From: the human T2T-CHM13v2.0 reference genome, Homo sapiens
Reading direction: 5' to 3' (one strand)
Assembly (NCBI RefSeq): GCF_009914755.1
Contig: NC_060933.1
Length of the DNA: 64,000 bases
Below the pieces are notes generated by a model. That model had not been told where the DNA came from. It ran no database searches and saw nothing but the letters and a program-made list of their open reading frames with translations. A program made the translations under genes and the position numbers. Below are positions 27,828 to 42,511 of the stretch, piece after piece; positions within the stretch are counted from its first letter, which is position 1; each line of letters begins with the position of its first letter.

Positions 27828-30800
27828 TAGATTATTAACCAACGTTAGTGAAAAATACAAGGCAGAAAAGTGTGGTGCTAAAACAAGAACCCATTGCAGA
27901 TCACTAAGTCAGAGGTAAAACACAGAGAAACGTATTTACATGGTTTTACAAATGCGTTCTCTTTGTAAAAAGTAAAAGCACTGTATATTCTTTATTTTCC
28001 TTCCTATTGCAGTGTCATGAAAGAATCTCTTCCTTCTCATTTTTCTAAATTAGGAAAGGAACCATATCTTTAAAAACATCAGACAGGATGCCTTCTGGAT
28101 CTTCTGTGTGTATCCCTGTTTCATCAGAAGATAATTGTTTGAAAATACACATTTGAATGGAAAAACTAGCTCAAATGAAAGGAGACAACGTCTTGTTTGT
28201 CCAGATGATTAATTAACAAATCTTGGACTTCCTATTCCTCTCTGTAATAGCTTCTTTATTTGTATGTTATTGTTATCTCTCTCCTCTTTCAGATTTGAAA
28301 TGCCATATTAATCATTTGCTAGACATACAAACAAAGGGATTGCAGCTAGATTATATTGATAGGATCACGGTGTTTGTGTTATACAGAACCTAATCGCATC
28401 TCTCCATTTTTGGATGACTTGGCATTGTCTCACGAATCAGCTACTTGCAGGATTTCCAGCGGGCACAGAAACGGGATGCTTGCCCAGACTTCAAAGTTTG
28501 GCAAACATAATGAGATAGACCTTACAATGGCTGCTAGTGTATGTATTTTCATGGACTCCCCCTACATCCTGTTTTAATTTAAACACATATGTTCATTATT
28601 TTTGAAGTACATGCATATGCTTGAATATTTATTTGGATATAAACAAAATCATTTTCATCACAATTATTTTTTAAATTCTAAGGATAAAGTGACACAAAGA
28701 AATCAATATTTCAGAATATGTACACAGAATAAATGGCTAACTGAAAGTTTTGACAGATCTACAATATTTTACAAAAGGAATGAAATGTTTGCCTTTCTTA
28801 ATTTAATGCGTGTCCGAAATAATGAAGTAGAGGAGAAAAGTGAGTTAAAATTTCACCGTATTTGTTGGTTCTTCAAGAACACCATGCTACCTTTCCTTGC
28901 CTCAGGAAGGAAATTAGAAATTGTAAAATGCTGTTGACTTGCAGCCCTATCAGGAATTGGATGTGATGGAAAAGTGAATCATAAATGGAGAGATGTATTT
29001 TTTTAAGGAATATTTTGTTTAAAGTTCTCATTTTCTCTTGATGGCCATTGCTGTTGCCACTGGCTTCTCACAGGTCTGATCCTCACACTGCCCTCCGGCT
29101 TCAGCTGATGTTCCCTTTTTTGCAAACAGTGCTTTTCTGAAAAGCTGAAGCCTCCTGCATCACATTTCTTTGACTGGCAAATGTGCTTTCTTTGTTGAAT
29201 AATGATAAAGTCATTAAGTCATTACTTCTCAGCAATAAGACTCTCTGCATTCATACAAGTCATCTGTAAGACCCACATTTCTGGACCAGCCTAGACAATC
29301 TCCGATGTGAAGTTTCTTTAACTTAGTGGACATTTTAAGAAAAATAATGCAGAATTCCAGATGAAAGCAGGTAAGAAAATGAATATTTATTTTAGAGTGA
29401 GAAAAGAAACCACAATAAACTATTGGAGTTTGAGATTCAGGCCCCTTTGTTTTGACATCCTTTCAAGCAACTGGCCAGAAATGACCTCATAGAACACTTC
29501 CTCCCACAGCCGGGCATTTCCTATCGCCTAGAACATCCAACAGCTCCCGCGGAGTCGACATGCTCAGTTTTGAGTGTCAGAGACACCTTGAAGCTTAAGC
29601 TCATTAACTTCAGGGCAAATTTGCCTCTGGTCTAGTGAATGAATAAATTTTGCCAACAGAAAGCAATCACAACTGACACTATTGAACACTAATTTTGCAT
29701 GGACCACTGTTGCAAGCACTTTACACGTTATTGACTTATCCTCTCAGCAATACGTTTTGTCCAGAACCAACAGCCACACAGGTGGAAATGGGAGTTTCCC
29801 TGTGCATAATTGTATAATTTCCTTTGTATAATTTTAAAAATATAAATATAATACATGTGCAGGGCTGTTTATAGCTCATACTCATAGAGGAGGAAATATT
29901 CCACAAATCCTTAAAGGCAAATTAGTGGCAATACTATAGATTTCATTAAAATAATCAGACAAACATTAATATCCCAAATAAAGACATTCTTATCATGTAA
30001 TAAATTCTGAGTCGAGAGTAAGTATGCTACTGAAAATTATTATTAATTTTTAAAATGAAGAATTCACTATTATACCTTGTTGGATTGAAGAAAGATTCCT
30101 TGTGTAGGACTTTTCTTCTCATTTGGTTATTTAATATTGTGAGACCAATAATATCAGAAAAGAAAACACTTTCAGGGACATCTAGTCAATGCTTTTGCAG
30201 AAGTGCCAATTATAAATATTAAGTACTTTAATCAAGTTTCATAATTTGTAAATATTCCTCTTCTCACACTTGACAGATTATTAAGATATCTAATATATTA
30301 GTAAAAACTGGCATAATTGTGTTAAAATTGGTAGATATTGGTCTAACATACATGTTACAACTTCCTAAAATAATTTTTTCAATGTTCTTTGAAGGGTAAA
30401 TTAAATGAGAGATAAATGTTAGATTTGGCATTGCTAGAATTCAGCCCATAGTGAATGTCGACAATTAAGCTCAAATCATAGTAAAAACACAGTTGAAGCT
30501 AAGAAGAGGCCTCCAAGTGTGGAATGTCAGCTCTTAAATGGAACAAGCAATAAAAGGGTTCACAAATAACACTCTGTTGTGACAGATGTTTTCTTAGTAC
30601 TTTCCATATAAGCCTAACTTATCTGTGTTATTTATTTTAACTGTCCCCCTACACTTTGTATTTGTTTAAACTTTTTAAAGCAATTTATTATAATGTATTC
30701 TTTGCATAAAGCAGAATCCATTTGGATGGTTTAAACAAGAAAACTCAAAAGAGGGGACTACTTAACAGAGGCCTAAGAAAGGTTTGGAACTTACATTGTA

Positions 30801-31001
30801 GGATGCATGTTAAGGCACCTAGGGAGTAGCAGCAGCTAAAAGCCTTTGGTGCTAGAGGGGCAAAGGTAAAAGGAGTACTATGAGAATCCAATAACACCTG
30901 TCACCATGAGAAGTAAGTAAAGTAAATAATCTCTACAAATTATTATGTTTGTAAACCTAAATGTTCAACTATTGGTTTGCTTAAGAATGGGTATGTCCAT
31001 G

Positions 31002-31190
31002 GCTCAGGGATGAATCCAAGCTTGGAGGGGCCTGAAGTTTACACAAATGGGGGACCCTTTTTAAAAGCATGACAGAATTACAACTGACAATTGCTAGGTC
31101 TTCTGCAAGAGCATTGGTAGCAGGCCAAGCAAGTGAAAGAGTTACCTAGAAATTGAGTTTCCTTGGCTTTTCAGCAAATGTGTCTCCACT
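31002..31190. mobile_element. MER53-like hAT MITE (similar end at ~29585-29630)
   Basis: cagggatgaatccaag...ggggcctgaagtttacacaaatgggggaccctttttaa; gaagcttaagctcattaacttcagggcaaatttgcctctg at 29590. Confidence 0.55.
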
Positions 31191-31464
31191 CTTGATGCAT
31201 GCTTCCTGCCTGCCAGCTACTTGGTAGGCTCTTGTGAACTGACATCTGCCAGTTTGGTCGTGGAAAATTTGATGATTCTTTTGGATAGATGATGGTATGA
31301 AGTTAGGTAAGCCATCCAAGAAGTTTGTGGTGGAGAGGGTTTGCAGCTCCCCTACAATGCCACTACCTGGTACAATGAAAGGAAGTCTCAGACTACATTC
31401 TGTCACAGACATGGACAGTTATTAAACAGATATTCGCTAGCAAAGCAGGAACCAAAAAGGAGGG

Positions 31465-31690
31465 CAGGACTAGTGTGAGGTGACTGAGACCCTTGCCTAG
31501 GGCACAAAATATAACGGGGTGCCAAAAAATTCAGTCATCAAAATAATATTTTAATATATTATTTTTTAAAACCAAAATCAATGCAATAGACACATGATGA
31601 AAAAACGTACAAATTTTAAATAAAGATGGGATCAATATCACTGATTTTATCTTCTGCCTCAGACTTCAAAATGGTTTTGCGTGGCACTGC
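31465..31690. mobile_element. MER96B-like hAT element
   Basis: ggactagtgtgaggtgactgagacccttgcctagggcacaaaat...ggggtgccaaaaaattcagt...aaattttaaataaaga. Confidence 0.65.
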
Positions 31691-32254
31691 AAAGGGTTGA
31701 AATCATCTCTTTTGTTAGCCCAAGAAATCCCAGTTCTCCATTCTTTGAGATGGTTCCAGCATTCTTCTCATGATAGGTTGACCCAGGCTTCCAGAGTCAG
31801 TACTTTGCATTCTGGCTGGTGTCAGACAAACAGAAATCCTCTTAGATAGCAGGCTGAGTAGGGCTCAAGCTTGGGTGCCATTTTTGAGGGTGCAGGTGAG
31901 GAACCTCACGGATTCTTGGACCTTCCTTATGCACGAGATTAGAAAGTGTCGACATCGTGTGCCTAGTTATTACTCTGTGTATCTGGAATAGCTAGAGACC
32001 TTGTTTCTCACTCTGCTAACTTCACAATAAGAAGCCATTCCTGACGTTCACTTTGAGGAAGGGTGAGAAGTTACAGCTGTGCGCGTGGTGGCGTCCTCTG
32101 CTGTGTGACTCTTCCTCATCAGATTGCCATCTGACTAACCCATCTGTGTGTTCTGGGTAGGCCACCCTTTCCACATTCCCGATTAGCATCTAGGCTTCGG
32201 CTAACCCTAGTGACCATGTCTCACTCTATTTGCGGGAGTAACTTAAAGCAACGT

Positions 32255-32600
32255 AGGCATCTGGGCTCTGGGATAGTGTGAGAAGCACAACAAAGCCCTC
32301 ATCCTCACAGAGTGAACATTTAGCAGGGAAGAGCGTTCATGAAAAAACAGACAAACATATGTTACAATATTCTAATATCAGGTACTGATAAGAGCCATAA
32401 AGAAAAATGAAGCAGCATGGAGGGATAGGGCTGGATGAAAGGTGTTATATTACTTAGGGTGGTCAGGACAGTCCTCTAAGACAAGTGACATCTGAGTGGG
32501 GACTTGAATGGGGTGAAGCAATTGCTTTGCAAACATCTGAGGTGAAAGACAATTTCCCGCAAAAGCAATATAGCAAGTGCACAGGTAACATGTGTTAGGC
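32255..32600 (-). mobile_element. L2
   Basis: aaagccctcatcctcacagagtgaacatttag...agggtggtcaggacagtcctc...gtgacatctgag. Confidence 0.75.
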
Positions 32601-32619
32601 AAATTATCACATTTATGTT

Positions 32620-33400
32620 GTGAAAGATCCAAATAAGAAAATAGAAAGCAAAGAAAACAAAAGCTTCCTATATTCCCACTCATCCAGGGTAGACACTTGA
32701 AGCAGTTCCTTATGTTTCCTTCTAGACATTTTCCTGTACATGTAAAACCCTATACCTGTCTTTACTTTCTCCTTCCTTTTTCCCTCCTTCCTTTCTACAT
32801 TTTCTCTCTCCCTTCTTTCCTTCATTTCTCTTTCTGTTTTAAAAGTAGAAGGTACCATACCCACTTCTTTGCAGTGTTTTAACAATTTTGTATTGGTTTT
32901 TCTTCAAGATCTTTCATTTTAGCATAGTCACTTGCAGAGCAACCTCATTCTGTGATAAGTGTGCTATGGTACGGATGTGTCCAGATTGATTCAACCGGTC
33001 TTTGGTAAACAAATTTTGTAGTTCCAGTTCTTTATTATTAAAAGCAATACTGTGATAAATATCCTGATACATATTTAATATATATATGTATGTGTGTAAG
33101 TATACCAGTGCATGTGTCTCTTGCTAATCCTCAAGTGGGAATGATAGGTCAAATGGAATGCACTTTTCTAATTACTATATACATTGCTGAAGTGCCTTAC
33201 AAAAGGTTATGCTAATTTAGATCCCTGCCACACTTTATGAGAGTTCCTGTTTTCTCGTACTCTCACCAATATTAAGGAATGAACAGTCATTTACATCTTT
33301 GCCAGATGATAAATAAAAATTACATCTTCTCATTACTATAGTTTGCATTTCTTTTATTTTTAGTGAGGTTGAATATTTCTTCCTATGCTTATTGGCCACT
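32620..33400 (-). mobile_element. Old L1M (L1ME-like) fragment
   Basis: ttccagttc...tgtgataaatatcctgatacat...tgagagttcctgttttctc...gtttgcatttc...agtgaggttgaatattt. Confidence 0.65.
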
Positions 33401-33467
33401 GATTGTGGGAAAGTTGCTAATTATTAATTGAGGATAGGAATTCTCACCTATTTCTTGTCTCATATAT

Positions 33468-33663
33468 AGGGCTGCCACCAGCACATAGTACATCTTGAAC
33501 AGATTAGAAAAATGTGTCCCTTCCTCATGACACTTTACTGCCATCTACCAGAAAATTGCTATTATAGATAAACAAATCAGGGATGATTATAGTTGTGAGT
33601 GATTAATGGGGCTCTGTAGAGTTGTGCAGTGCTCAACCCACACATCTGTATGAGACAGCCCTG
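33468..33663. mobile_element. MER91-like hAT MITE
   Basis: agggctgcca...gagttgtgcagtgctcaacc...gacagccctg, with inverted termini AGGGCTG/CAGCCCT. Confidence 0.5.
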
Positions 33664-36600
33664 CTAATATTCAGGCTTAGTTTCTGATTCTCAGCCAAGA
33701 TAGCTGTTGTCATCTTGACCTCTCTAGCTTTCGTTCCTTGTGCCTTAGCTCTCTGACTGAGTCTAGGACATAGTCCCCTGCCCCACCCCACCCCGCTTTT
33801 TTCCCTAAATCCCTTGGGCTGTCTTGGTTTTTCCTTTCTGGCTCATTTCATCTGTCTTCAAACTTGACTCCTTCAGTGAACTGGTTGGTGCCCTTTTGTC
33901 ACCTTCTAGACAGGAAGAAGTAATTCATATTTTTCTATAAAACTTGTGAGTCAGAGTCACAGCTCCACCAGCATTCCTAATGCCTAGGAGAATTTCTGTG
34001 ACCATGTAGCCCATTTCTCTTTAAAAACACTTATCATTTACTTTCTTCTTAGAATGCCATTACCCTTCTAGGCTGTTGCACAATACATGTAATTATAACA
34101 TTGATCTGAGTGCTTACTAAAGGCAGGGCACTTTTCTCAGCTCTTTAAACCTGTGAACTTATTTTTTTTTTATTTTCAAAACTGAATGAAATTGATACTA
34201 ATTACTATTCATATCACTAATTACTATTTCTACTATTAGTAGTGTTTTTAGAGGCAGGTGGACAAGGAAAAGGAGGTGGAGATAAAGGAAGCAAAATCTA
34301 GCAAATGTGCGCTTAAGGTTTGGAGCAAACATCCCATTCCTATCTTTTTAATAAGGGAGGGCACTGAGTTTACCTACTCAGAAATATAATACAGGAGCTT
34401 AATGCCATTGGGCAAACTCTACAACAACTCAACCCGCAAGAGGCTTGAGATAATTCAAGCCCTTTAGCTTCAGAATAAACTGATGAGGCTCACAGAAGGC
34501 CGTTTTCTCGGGAAGCAGGTCCCTGTTGACCTCCCTTTAAAAGTGTACAAAGTTCATGGTTCCCCACGATCCACTGAGCAAATGTCACATGCCTCTGATA
34601 AAACTCAGTCCAACGAAAAATCAAGCAGGGGACTCTATTTGAAAATACCCAGATGAAAGCGTGTGTATATCTGTGGCAGGGCCTGGGGAAACGTTGTGAG
34701 GAGCACAGTACATCCAGTAACATGTACTGGAATTTGGAGGCTAAAAGCAGCCTTGGAAATCATCTGACCGGACACTCTTATTTTCAAAACCTGGAAACTG
34801 AAGCCCTGGAGGTCTTAGTGACTTGACCAAGCTCACACAACTGTTGAGCGACCCACCCTGATGCCTAGAATTATCCCTTTCCCCAAATGACCTGCCCTGT
34901 TAAATGTGGAGACAAAGGTCTTCAGTTTTAATGTCAGACCTGTTGCTGATTGATTGTGCCACATTGGGAAAATTAGTTTATCCATATGCCTAGGTATTAG
35001 ATTTCTAAAGTTTCTTTGCTCCTTAACATGCAGTGACCCAATTGTAAGTATTTTTAAAATTTATTATTATTATTATTATTCCTAAACCTAGCTCTTTCTA
35101 CAACCATTGGTTTTCATATCCATTGACCATCCTCTAGGGGCTTAAGAATGGCCCCTGTGAAATGTCTTAATCTGTGTAGGCAGCCGTCGTGGGGCCCAGC
35201 CAAGAAGGTGGATAGTGTGGAGCTTTCTCTGAGCAGTGCTTTGACTAGGAAAATGGCCAGCAGCCAGCATCCAAAACCAAACAATTGTCAGATGGCTAGG
35301 GAAAGAAAAATAAATGTTGAGCAAAGTCAAGAACTCAATAGCTGTTTCAGTGCAGCAGAAGGCTTCCTTTATGTCTATTTCAACTGCAGCATTGGAACAT
35401 GTCTGAACTAGAGGGACCTACCATTTCCTGACCCCAAATGCCTGGGCTACAGTGGCCTGGGAGTGTTCTGTCAATCATCTGCCCCTCAGCCCATGGAGCT
35501 TGGGCCCTTGGGAACACCACCAGTGAAGGTAGGATTTCTGCTGCTACGGAGGACTTTCTGCAACCCACCAAGCACATTAAGGATGATTTTTGAGCTCTTG
35601 CTACCCATACTGTCTGCACACAGTGCTGTACTCATGCTTTTCTTGACTTACAGAAGTGTGTCCTCAAGCTCATAGGGTCTTTTTGATGACATATGTTTAT
35701 TTCCTTGACCAATTACTCTCTGCATCTATACACTACACTGTGAGGTTGACATCTTTTTATTTTTCCTAGATTGAAAATATTGGATAAAAAACTTATTTTC
35801 ACTCTATTCCTCAATCTGGGAGACAGGATTGCTTTCCACCCCCACCTCTCTTTATTTATGCTCATACTTGTGTCTGTTTTTACATGTTGTATAGGGATGT
35901 TGTGATACAAATATTGTATATTTAGGGACATCCAAACTCCATCTGTGTAGAGATTTGATCCTGGAAAATACAATATAGCCAATTCAGATTTTCTAGGTAG
36001 TAAATTTACTTACAAATTTCTTTCTCTCTTATTTTTCCACATCTTTTTTTCTCTTCCTCATATCTTCCTCTCACCTCTTTTTCTTCTTTGTTTCATTAAA
36101 TTTCTTTTCCTTTGTATCATACTTTGTGAGAGTAGAGCACAGTAAACACATCAGCAGAAATAAATTTCACAAATGCATATTTCCTTATTGCTATCATCTT
36201 ATATTTAATAAAGTTTCTCATTAAAGAGGAGAGGCAATTGTGAATTTTTTTAATCTGTGACAGATGAAAATAAGCTATTTTATCTGCAGAAAATCTTAGC
36301 AATAACCTGAGGATAAATGAAGAAATATCTGTTTTGAGTAATTCTCTCAAACACAAATGGCTTCAAAGCTTTCAAGTAAATGTGTTTATTCAGTGTGAGG
36401 CAATTGGGAATAGTGAAGTCTGTGGCTGAACTAGAATGTCATGCCTAAAATCATTCAAATTTTCTTTTTTTTCCCCATCACGTTAGCCACTCAAAATAAC
36501 TCTTTTGACTTAACTGGATGCCAGGGCAGTAACACTGCCTTAGGTAATCATCACTTCTATTTTATTCCATTTCTCTGGTGAAGCTGATGCTTGTCCTAGA

Positions 36601-36802
36601 ATAACTTACTTAAGATTATGGTGTCCCTTACCACTGTGTTGGTCATGTCACTCTCCAGGGCTCCTCATTGGTTTTTGAAAGAAGGGAACATTTCCATGGC
36701 ATTTAATGTTCTTCCTGATCTGGCCCCAACCTGCTTTTATGTTCATTTACTTTTCTCTGTCCTTTTTAAATTTATGATAACCTAATTTACTCACATTTTC
36801 TT

Positions 36803-37095
36803 TTTTCTTGTTTTGGAATAGGATCTCAGTCTGTCACTCGGGCTGGAGTGCAGCGGTGCGATCTCAGCTTACTGCAACCTTCACTCCCAGGCTCAAGCAA
36901 TCCTCCCACCTCAGCCTTCTGAGTAGTTGGGACCATAAGGTGTGCCCCACCATGCCTGGGTAATTTTTTGTACTTTTGGTAGAGATGGGGTGCTGTCATG
37001 TTGTGCAGTCTTGTCTTGAACTCCTCGGCTCAAGCCATCTGCCAGCTTCAGCCTCCCAAAGTGCTGAGATTTAGGCCTGAGCCAAGGCACCCAGC
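36803..37095 (-). mobile_element. AluJ inserted into an L2 relic
   Basis: Antisense Alu with J-type gctcaagcaatcctcccacc; TSD ACTCA(C/T)ATTTTCTT at 36789-36802 and 37096-37109. Confidence 0.92.
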
Positions 37096-37299
37096 ACTCA
37101 TATTTTCTTAAACATACCCTACTCTTTTCTTTTTTCTCATCCATGGGCTTTTGCTGGTACCACATCTTTTCCCTGTCTTTGTGGACACTTTTCTTTTTGG
37201 TCAAGGCCTTGATTAAGACTGTTCGTACTGAGCTCTAGAAACTCCATTCAAATCCCCTTGCTCTGCGCTCTCCTGACACTTTATGTAAACCCTGTTAAG

Positions 37300-37390
37300 C
37301 TAGGATAACATACATCCCAGTTTGTTCTGGACAGTCACTGTTTATGTCTGTGGTCTCAGCTTCATTATCACTTTATAATGGTCATGCTAA
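37300..37390. mobile_element. MER94-like hAT MITE
   Basis: taggataacatacatcccagtttgttctggacagtc...ataatggtcatgcta. Confidence 0.55.
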
Positions 37391-37897
37391 TTATAAAACG
37401 TAATTACATTTCTGCCTTATGTTAAAGTTAGATGTGGTTTATGTCCTCATTGGACCAAGGATCATCCTTGTATCTTCCAATGGCCAGGCTATCTATTTCT
37501 GTTATATAAATGACTTCCAGTTAAGGAAATTGGTGAGTTTTATTTCATTTCCATATAAGTAGAACGGTTAGAAGATATAGTGTGTTTTATAAACAGCTCA
37601 GAGCTGAAATGATTCTCATCTGTAGGCATTCGCTATTCTTTTTTCTTTCTTTTTTGGAGGACTCTATTTAATCTTGTTTCTTTCTTGAATGTAGATAGTG
37701 GGGATGGAGAACAGAACACGAAACCATATAGAGCAAGAACCTAGAGTGATTACCTAGTCAGGTCCCCTGCCTTCACTCATGTAAATAATCCTATAGTGGA
37801 CATCTGCTTTGGGCTCCGCATCATTCATTCCTTTTCTTTGGGTAAGTTGCACCCTGATTTTCCTTTGAGGAAATTGGTCTCACCTAACTCTCATTAG

Positions 37898-38068
37898 CAG
37901 GGCTGTTGTGAGTAGAATGAGGCAAGTAAGGTACTTAGGGTGCGAAATTTAAGGAGGTGCTCACTTCACTTCCAGGGTTATACAAGTACGAGGTTGGCAA
38001 CCAATATAGTGCCTTCTTAAAGGTTGTCCCCTGGGTGCCTTGCTTGCCTCACCCTTGTACCACCCTTG
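37898..38068. mobile_element. MER96 palindromic MITE inside an old MLT1 LTR (~37780-38560)
   Basis: tgaggcaagtaaggtacttagggtgcgaaatttaaggaggtgc...gtgccttcttaaa...ccctgggtgccttgcttgcctcaccct, self-complementary. Confidence 0.7.
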
Positions 38069-39269
38069 TTCAAAACAAGAAGGGCTGACCGAATCCCTGT
38101 CATCAGGGATGAGGTTTGACACAAGCCTGGCCAAAGACCTTTCCTTCCCCTGGCAACATTGATTGATCGAGCCACAGTCATGTGGCACAATCATAGCCAA
38201 TGAGATTCTATTCTGGGACTTTTCTTGGGAAAGCAGTCTCTCTTTTTGATACAGTTGAAACACGGAAGATGAAAGTCTAGAAATTCTGGGGCCACCATGT
38301 GGAGCAGCCTACAGGACAATGGAGCCACAGCAGAGGCAAGCAGACCCAGGGATGGAGAAGGGCTGTTTTCAGATGAATTGTTTGAAGGCAAACAATTACA
38401 TATTGCCTGGTCTCTTCAGTTGTGACTGATTTCACCTAGATTTAGGGGCACATAATACCTAACTCTTCACACTCACCCATCCACACACACCCCTTTCCTT
38501 TATTTTCATGCCAGTTTGACTTAGGTTTCTGTTTGTTTACAACCGAAAGAATTCTGGGTGTAAATATGAGAAGCCTAAAGCCCATGGAAGTTGACACTTG
38601 TTCCTGGTCACACAACTTTAATGAAGTGTACAGAGGAAAGCTAGATCTACACTTCCTAGCACAGCGTTTCTTCATTCTACTGTCTCTGATATTCATCAGC
38701 ACCACATAACAGCTCAGTCATTGAATCACTCATGTAAAGTGCATTTGACAGAAATCATGAGTTAAAAGTTACTTAGGAACCAAGAGGCTGTGCTTGATTT
38801 CCTTTTTAATGTTAATTTCAGACTAATTTTCTGTTCAATTTTTAATGTTAACTGAGGGCACTGAAGTCAACAGAGATAAGGTAAAATTCGTCCAGTTCTC
38901 TGGACTTTTGTCCAGTGGCCTTTTTATTATACTTCTCAATCCCTCAAAACTAGAACCCCTCATTTTCATCTTTAGCTAGATTTTGATAAGTTGTTGAGCC
39001 CCAGGAATCAGTTAGGTGTCTAGATTATAGTTTATTACAATGCTTACTTGGCTTAAGACCAAACAGTGGTGATTGATTTTTTGTCTCCCATTGGGGCACA
39101 CAACTTGGTTTGCTAATGGTGACAAATGACATTAAGAGACAAATCAGTTTAAATTAATGACCCTACGCTTGCAAAATACCTCAGGGAGGGTAAGTTCACT
39201 CTGATATTGTGGATAAAGTGGTATTCTTGCCACTTTCAATTAGTAAAGTTAATGAAAAAATTCAAAGGC

Positions 39270-39435
39270 CATCACAACTTCACACACTCTAGTGAAAACA
39301 CAGACTGCTGGGCCCTGTCTCCAGAGTACTGGATTCAGTATGTCTTGGGTAGGGCCCAAGAATTTGTGTTTCTAACAATTTCCAAGATGATGCTGATCTT
39401 GAAGGTCTGCGGGCCACACTTTGAGAACTGCTGCT
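39270..39435. mobile_element. MER5A
   Basis: aaaacacagactgctgggccc...gattcagta...gggcccaagaatttg...tttctaaca...ccacactttgagaactgctg. Confidence 0.8.
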
Positions 39436-42400
39436 CTAGATCAAGAAGAATCCAAGAGAAATGGGGAATTGGTGAGAGATACTAACAAAGATTCATAGTC
39501 AAGATTAACTTTTTGAGTTTGTGATAGAAAGAAGAAAGGAAGTTGTTCCAAATGCCACTCTTGCTATTTCCCATAATTGTCACATTTTCCTTTATTAACC
39601 CTTCAAACCAAGGGTTATGCTAATAGAGTCCTTTTAAAATATTTGAAGGAATGCCTGTGGCAGTGGGATGTGTCATTTACAAGTAAGAAAACAGAGAGAC
39701 ATCTAATCATGATTAATTTCATTTTGACACTTAGTTTTCTAGGCCTAGAAATTTAACTTTTTTATTTCACTGAGTGGAGGTCAGTCTTTCAGGGATGGTG
39801 TGAATACACAGGAGACTGTTAAATAAGTCTGAATGCAAATTTATTAGTGCACAGTGAGAAATACAACAGGTAGAAATATTATTCTCATATCAGTAGATAA
39901 CAGTTTCTTTTACAGTAAGCAAGCTTTTATAAAAACCAAAATACCGTCAGCTTACACCAGAAAGTTGCTTAGGGAGTGTGGCCCCAGAATAAGAGGCATT
40001 AGTTTAATTTGAGGAATATTGGCTATAGGTTGGTGTGATGCACTCACCTTCATTTGAAGATAGCTTTCCTTAAGGGACATGCGTACTGCTACCCTTTCAC
40101 TAGTCCTCTTAGGGCTCTAAGAAGTCCTAGACACAATCTGCTTGATTTACCTGTTTTTCTGAAAACCAAATTGACCAAATGGCTTCCAGAATATATTAAG
40201 ATATTCAGACAAGTTGCAAGCACATCTTGCTCTGGACATTCAGTCATTCTGTTGTGTGATTTTGTACAAATAGCTCTAGTGATCTATTTTGAGATATCAC
40301 ATTAATGTCTACCAAACTTAATAGGAAAAGGAAGTTAACTTTCCTCTGTGGATATGATGAGAAGACCTAAAGGAATATATGAGAAGTTCATAATTTGTTT
40401 GAATTTCATTCTTTACTCTTCATAATTCTAAAACCTTAGACCTTTGTCCTTAGAAGAATGCAGCCTGCTATCAATTCTTGAACCCTTGTCCACTGAGGTT
40501 TGTACGAAATTGAGTAAGTTGCCCTGGACCATACAGAAGTCTAAGTAAGGTTGCCTCAAGAATTATATGATGCTGGGAGGCTTATATTTTTCTATTTAAT
40601 AGTGGTTCTAATTTATTTTTTATTTTATTTTTTTCTGAAGGAGTTCTCCGTTTCTGAGAGAATCCCTCTGCTCTACCCTGATATGCATGTGGAGCAAAGA
40701 CCTTCTTGATTTTCATCACTTTGCTCACCCAAAATGTTTCTTTGTAGTGGGGTTTTACTGAAAGTTTAGGGTGATGATGGGGTAAGAGTGTTGGGAGTAG
40801 ATGGGAGGGCAGGAGGCATGGTGTTTAACACACAGCATTATATAGCAAAGCCTTTGGAATGGAATGTTAGACATTTGTGTCCTAAATATGCTTCAGAATC
40901 TTATCATGTTGAACTGAATTTCTCATGGGACATTTTCCACCCCCGCCCATGGACTCAAACTGCCGTATCATGCTACTTCTTCGATTTTTCCTAATGACTA
41001 ATTTTTTGAGTCAGTAGGAACATTCTGAGTCTTGGAACAGTCTAGCTCTCTCCTTTTCCCCATCTGTGTCCATATCACTTCCTGAATGCCCAACTGTTAA
41101 AATCAGTGGTTTAGTATGGTATTTCTTAAACAAGGACAGCTCTCTATAGTCCACTGTACTAATAATAATGTTTCAAAATAATGAATAAATACTTGTACTC
41201 TAGAAACAATGTACTACATTTTCCTGCACAGTCCTTGGCAAATTGCTGTGCTCTGCAGTTTCAGAAGAATGGTATCGGTGGTCAAGTTTGTAGTTTAAAT
41301 CTCAGAGAGCATTTACCTTTCCATGACCATGGGCATAAAATATCCTCCCTTAGTCATGATACCTCCTTAAGGTCTGTACTATGTACTTACTATCTGCTAT
41401 GTGTCACCATAGTGTGACTAGACTTAGATGAAGAGAGCCCAACTAACAGAAATAAGAATTAAAACTTTCTCAATACCCAGTCTGCTGGCTACACAAGTAG
41501 TTTTCATATTTCTCAAGAAAATTTAATATTTTCTTCACATTAAAACCCCAAGTTTCTAATTAAACCTTTTCCAAAATTATGTGTGTATGTGTTATTGATG
41601 TGTCATTGTTGATATTTTGTTTGAAAAACAATTGAGCCACGTATATTTATCTTATATCTGATCACTTTATGTGCTTTATTAATCCCAAGAATTGTAGAGT
41701 ATATTTACTGGGCTTTCTGAATGAATACATACATATGATTTTATTAATGATAAAAATTTCTCTCCAATAGTCAACTCTCTTTGTCTGCTTCTTATACTAT
41801 TGAATTGTCTCTACAAGTTTATAATGTTGAAAAATTTCATTTTTAATTTTCTGTAGTTTATAAAAATTAAATGAGGAATAGATAGTGAATGCTGTTGAAT
41901 GCCTTTGAAACAGCTGAATGATTAAATTATTTATCTTTTTTCTTATTAGGCCTATTTTTTGAATAATTATATTAAGAGATTTCCCAATCCTAGGCCTGAA
42001 TTCTTGGGATAAACCCTACTTAGTCATGGTAGCTAATTCTTTTGTATTAATGAATTCAGTTTGAAATATTCATATTAATAAATGAGATTTTATGTGTGTG
42101 TGTGCTCTTTATGTCTAATTTTGGCCTTAGGGTTTGTTAGCTTATGAAAAAATTCAGTAGCTTTTGTAGCACAAGAATACTGTGGTTTTTGAAAGTCTAT
42201 ATAATTTGTAAGCTACTTTTAAAGGTAATTTTTAGATAAACTTTTATTTAATTTCCCTGTGAGTCTTTTCATATTTTATCCTTTTTAATGGAATCATTTT
42301 AGATAATATATTATTTTCCAATAAACCCAAACATTCTGTCAAGATGTTTTAATTTTTATAATTATACAGTATTTTTTAAATTTTCTTAATCTCTATTTTA

Positions 42401-42511
42401 ATATTTATTATACAAATATATTTTTTATTATTTATTACATTCATTATTTATTATATTTTATTTATTTTTATTTACATTTTATTTTATTTTTCCCCCCAAA
42501 ATTAATATTTG

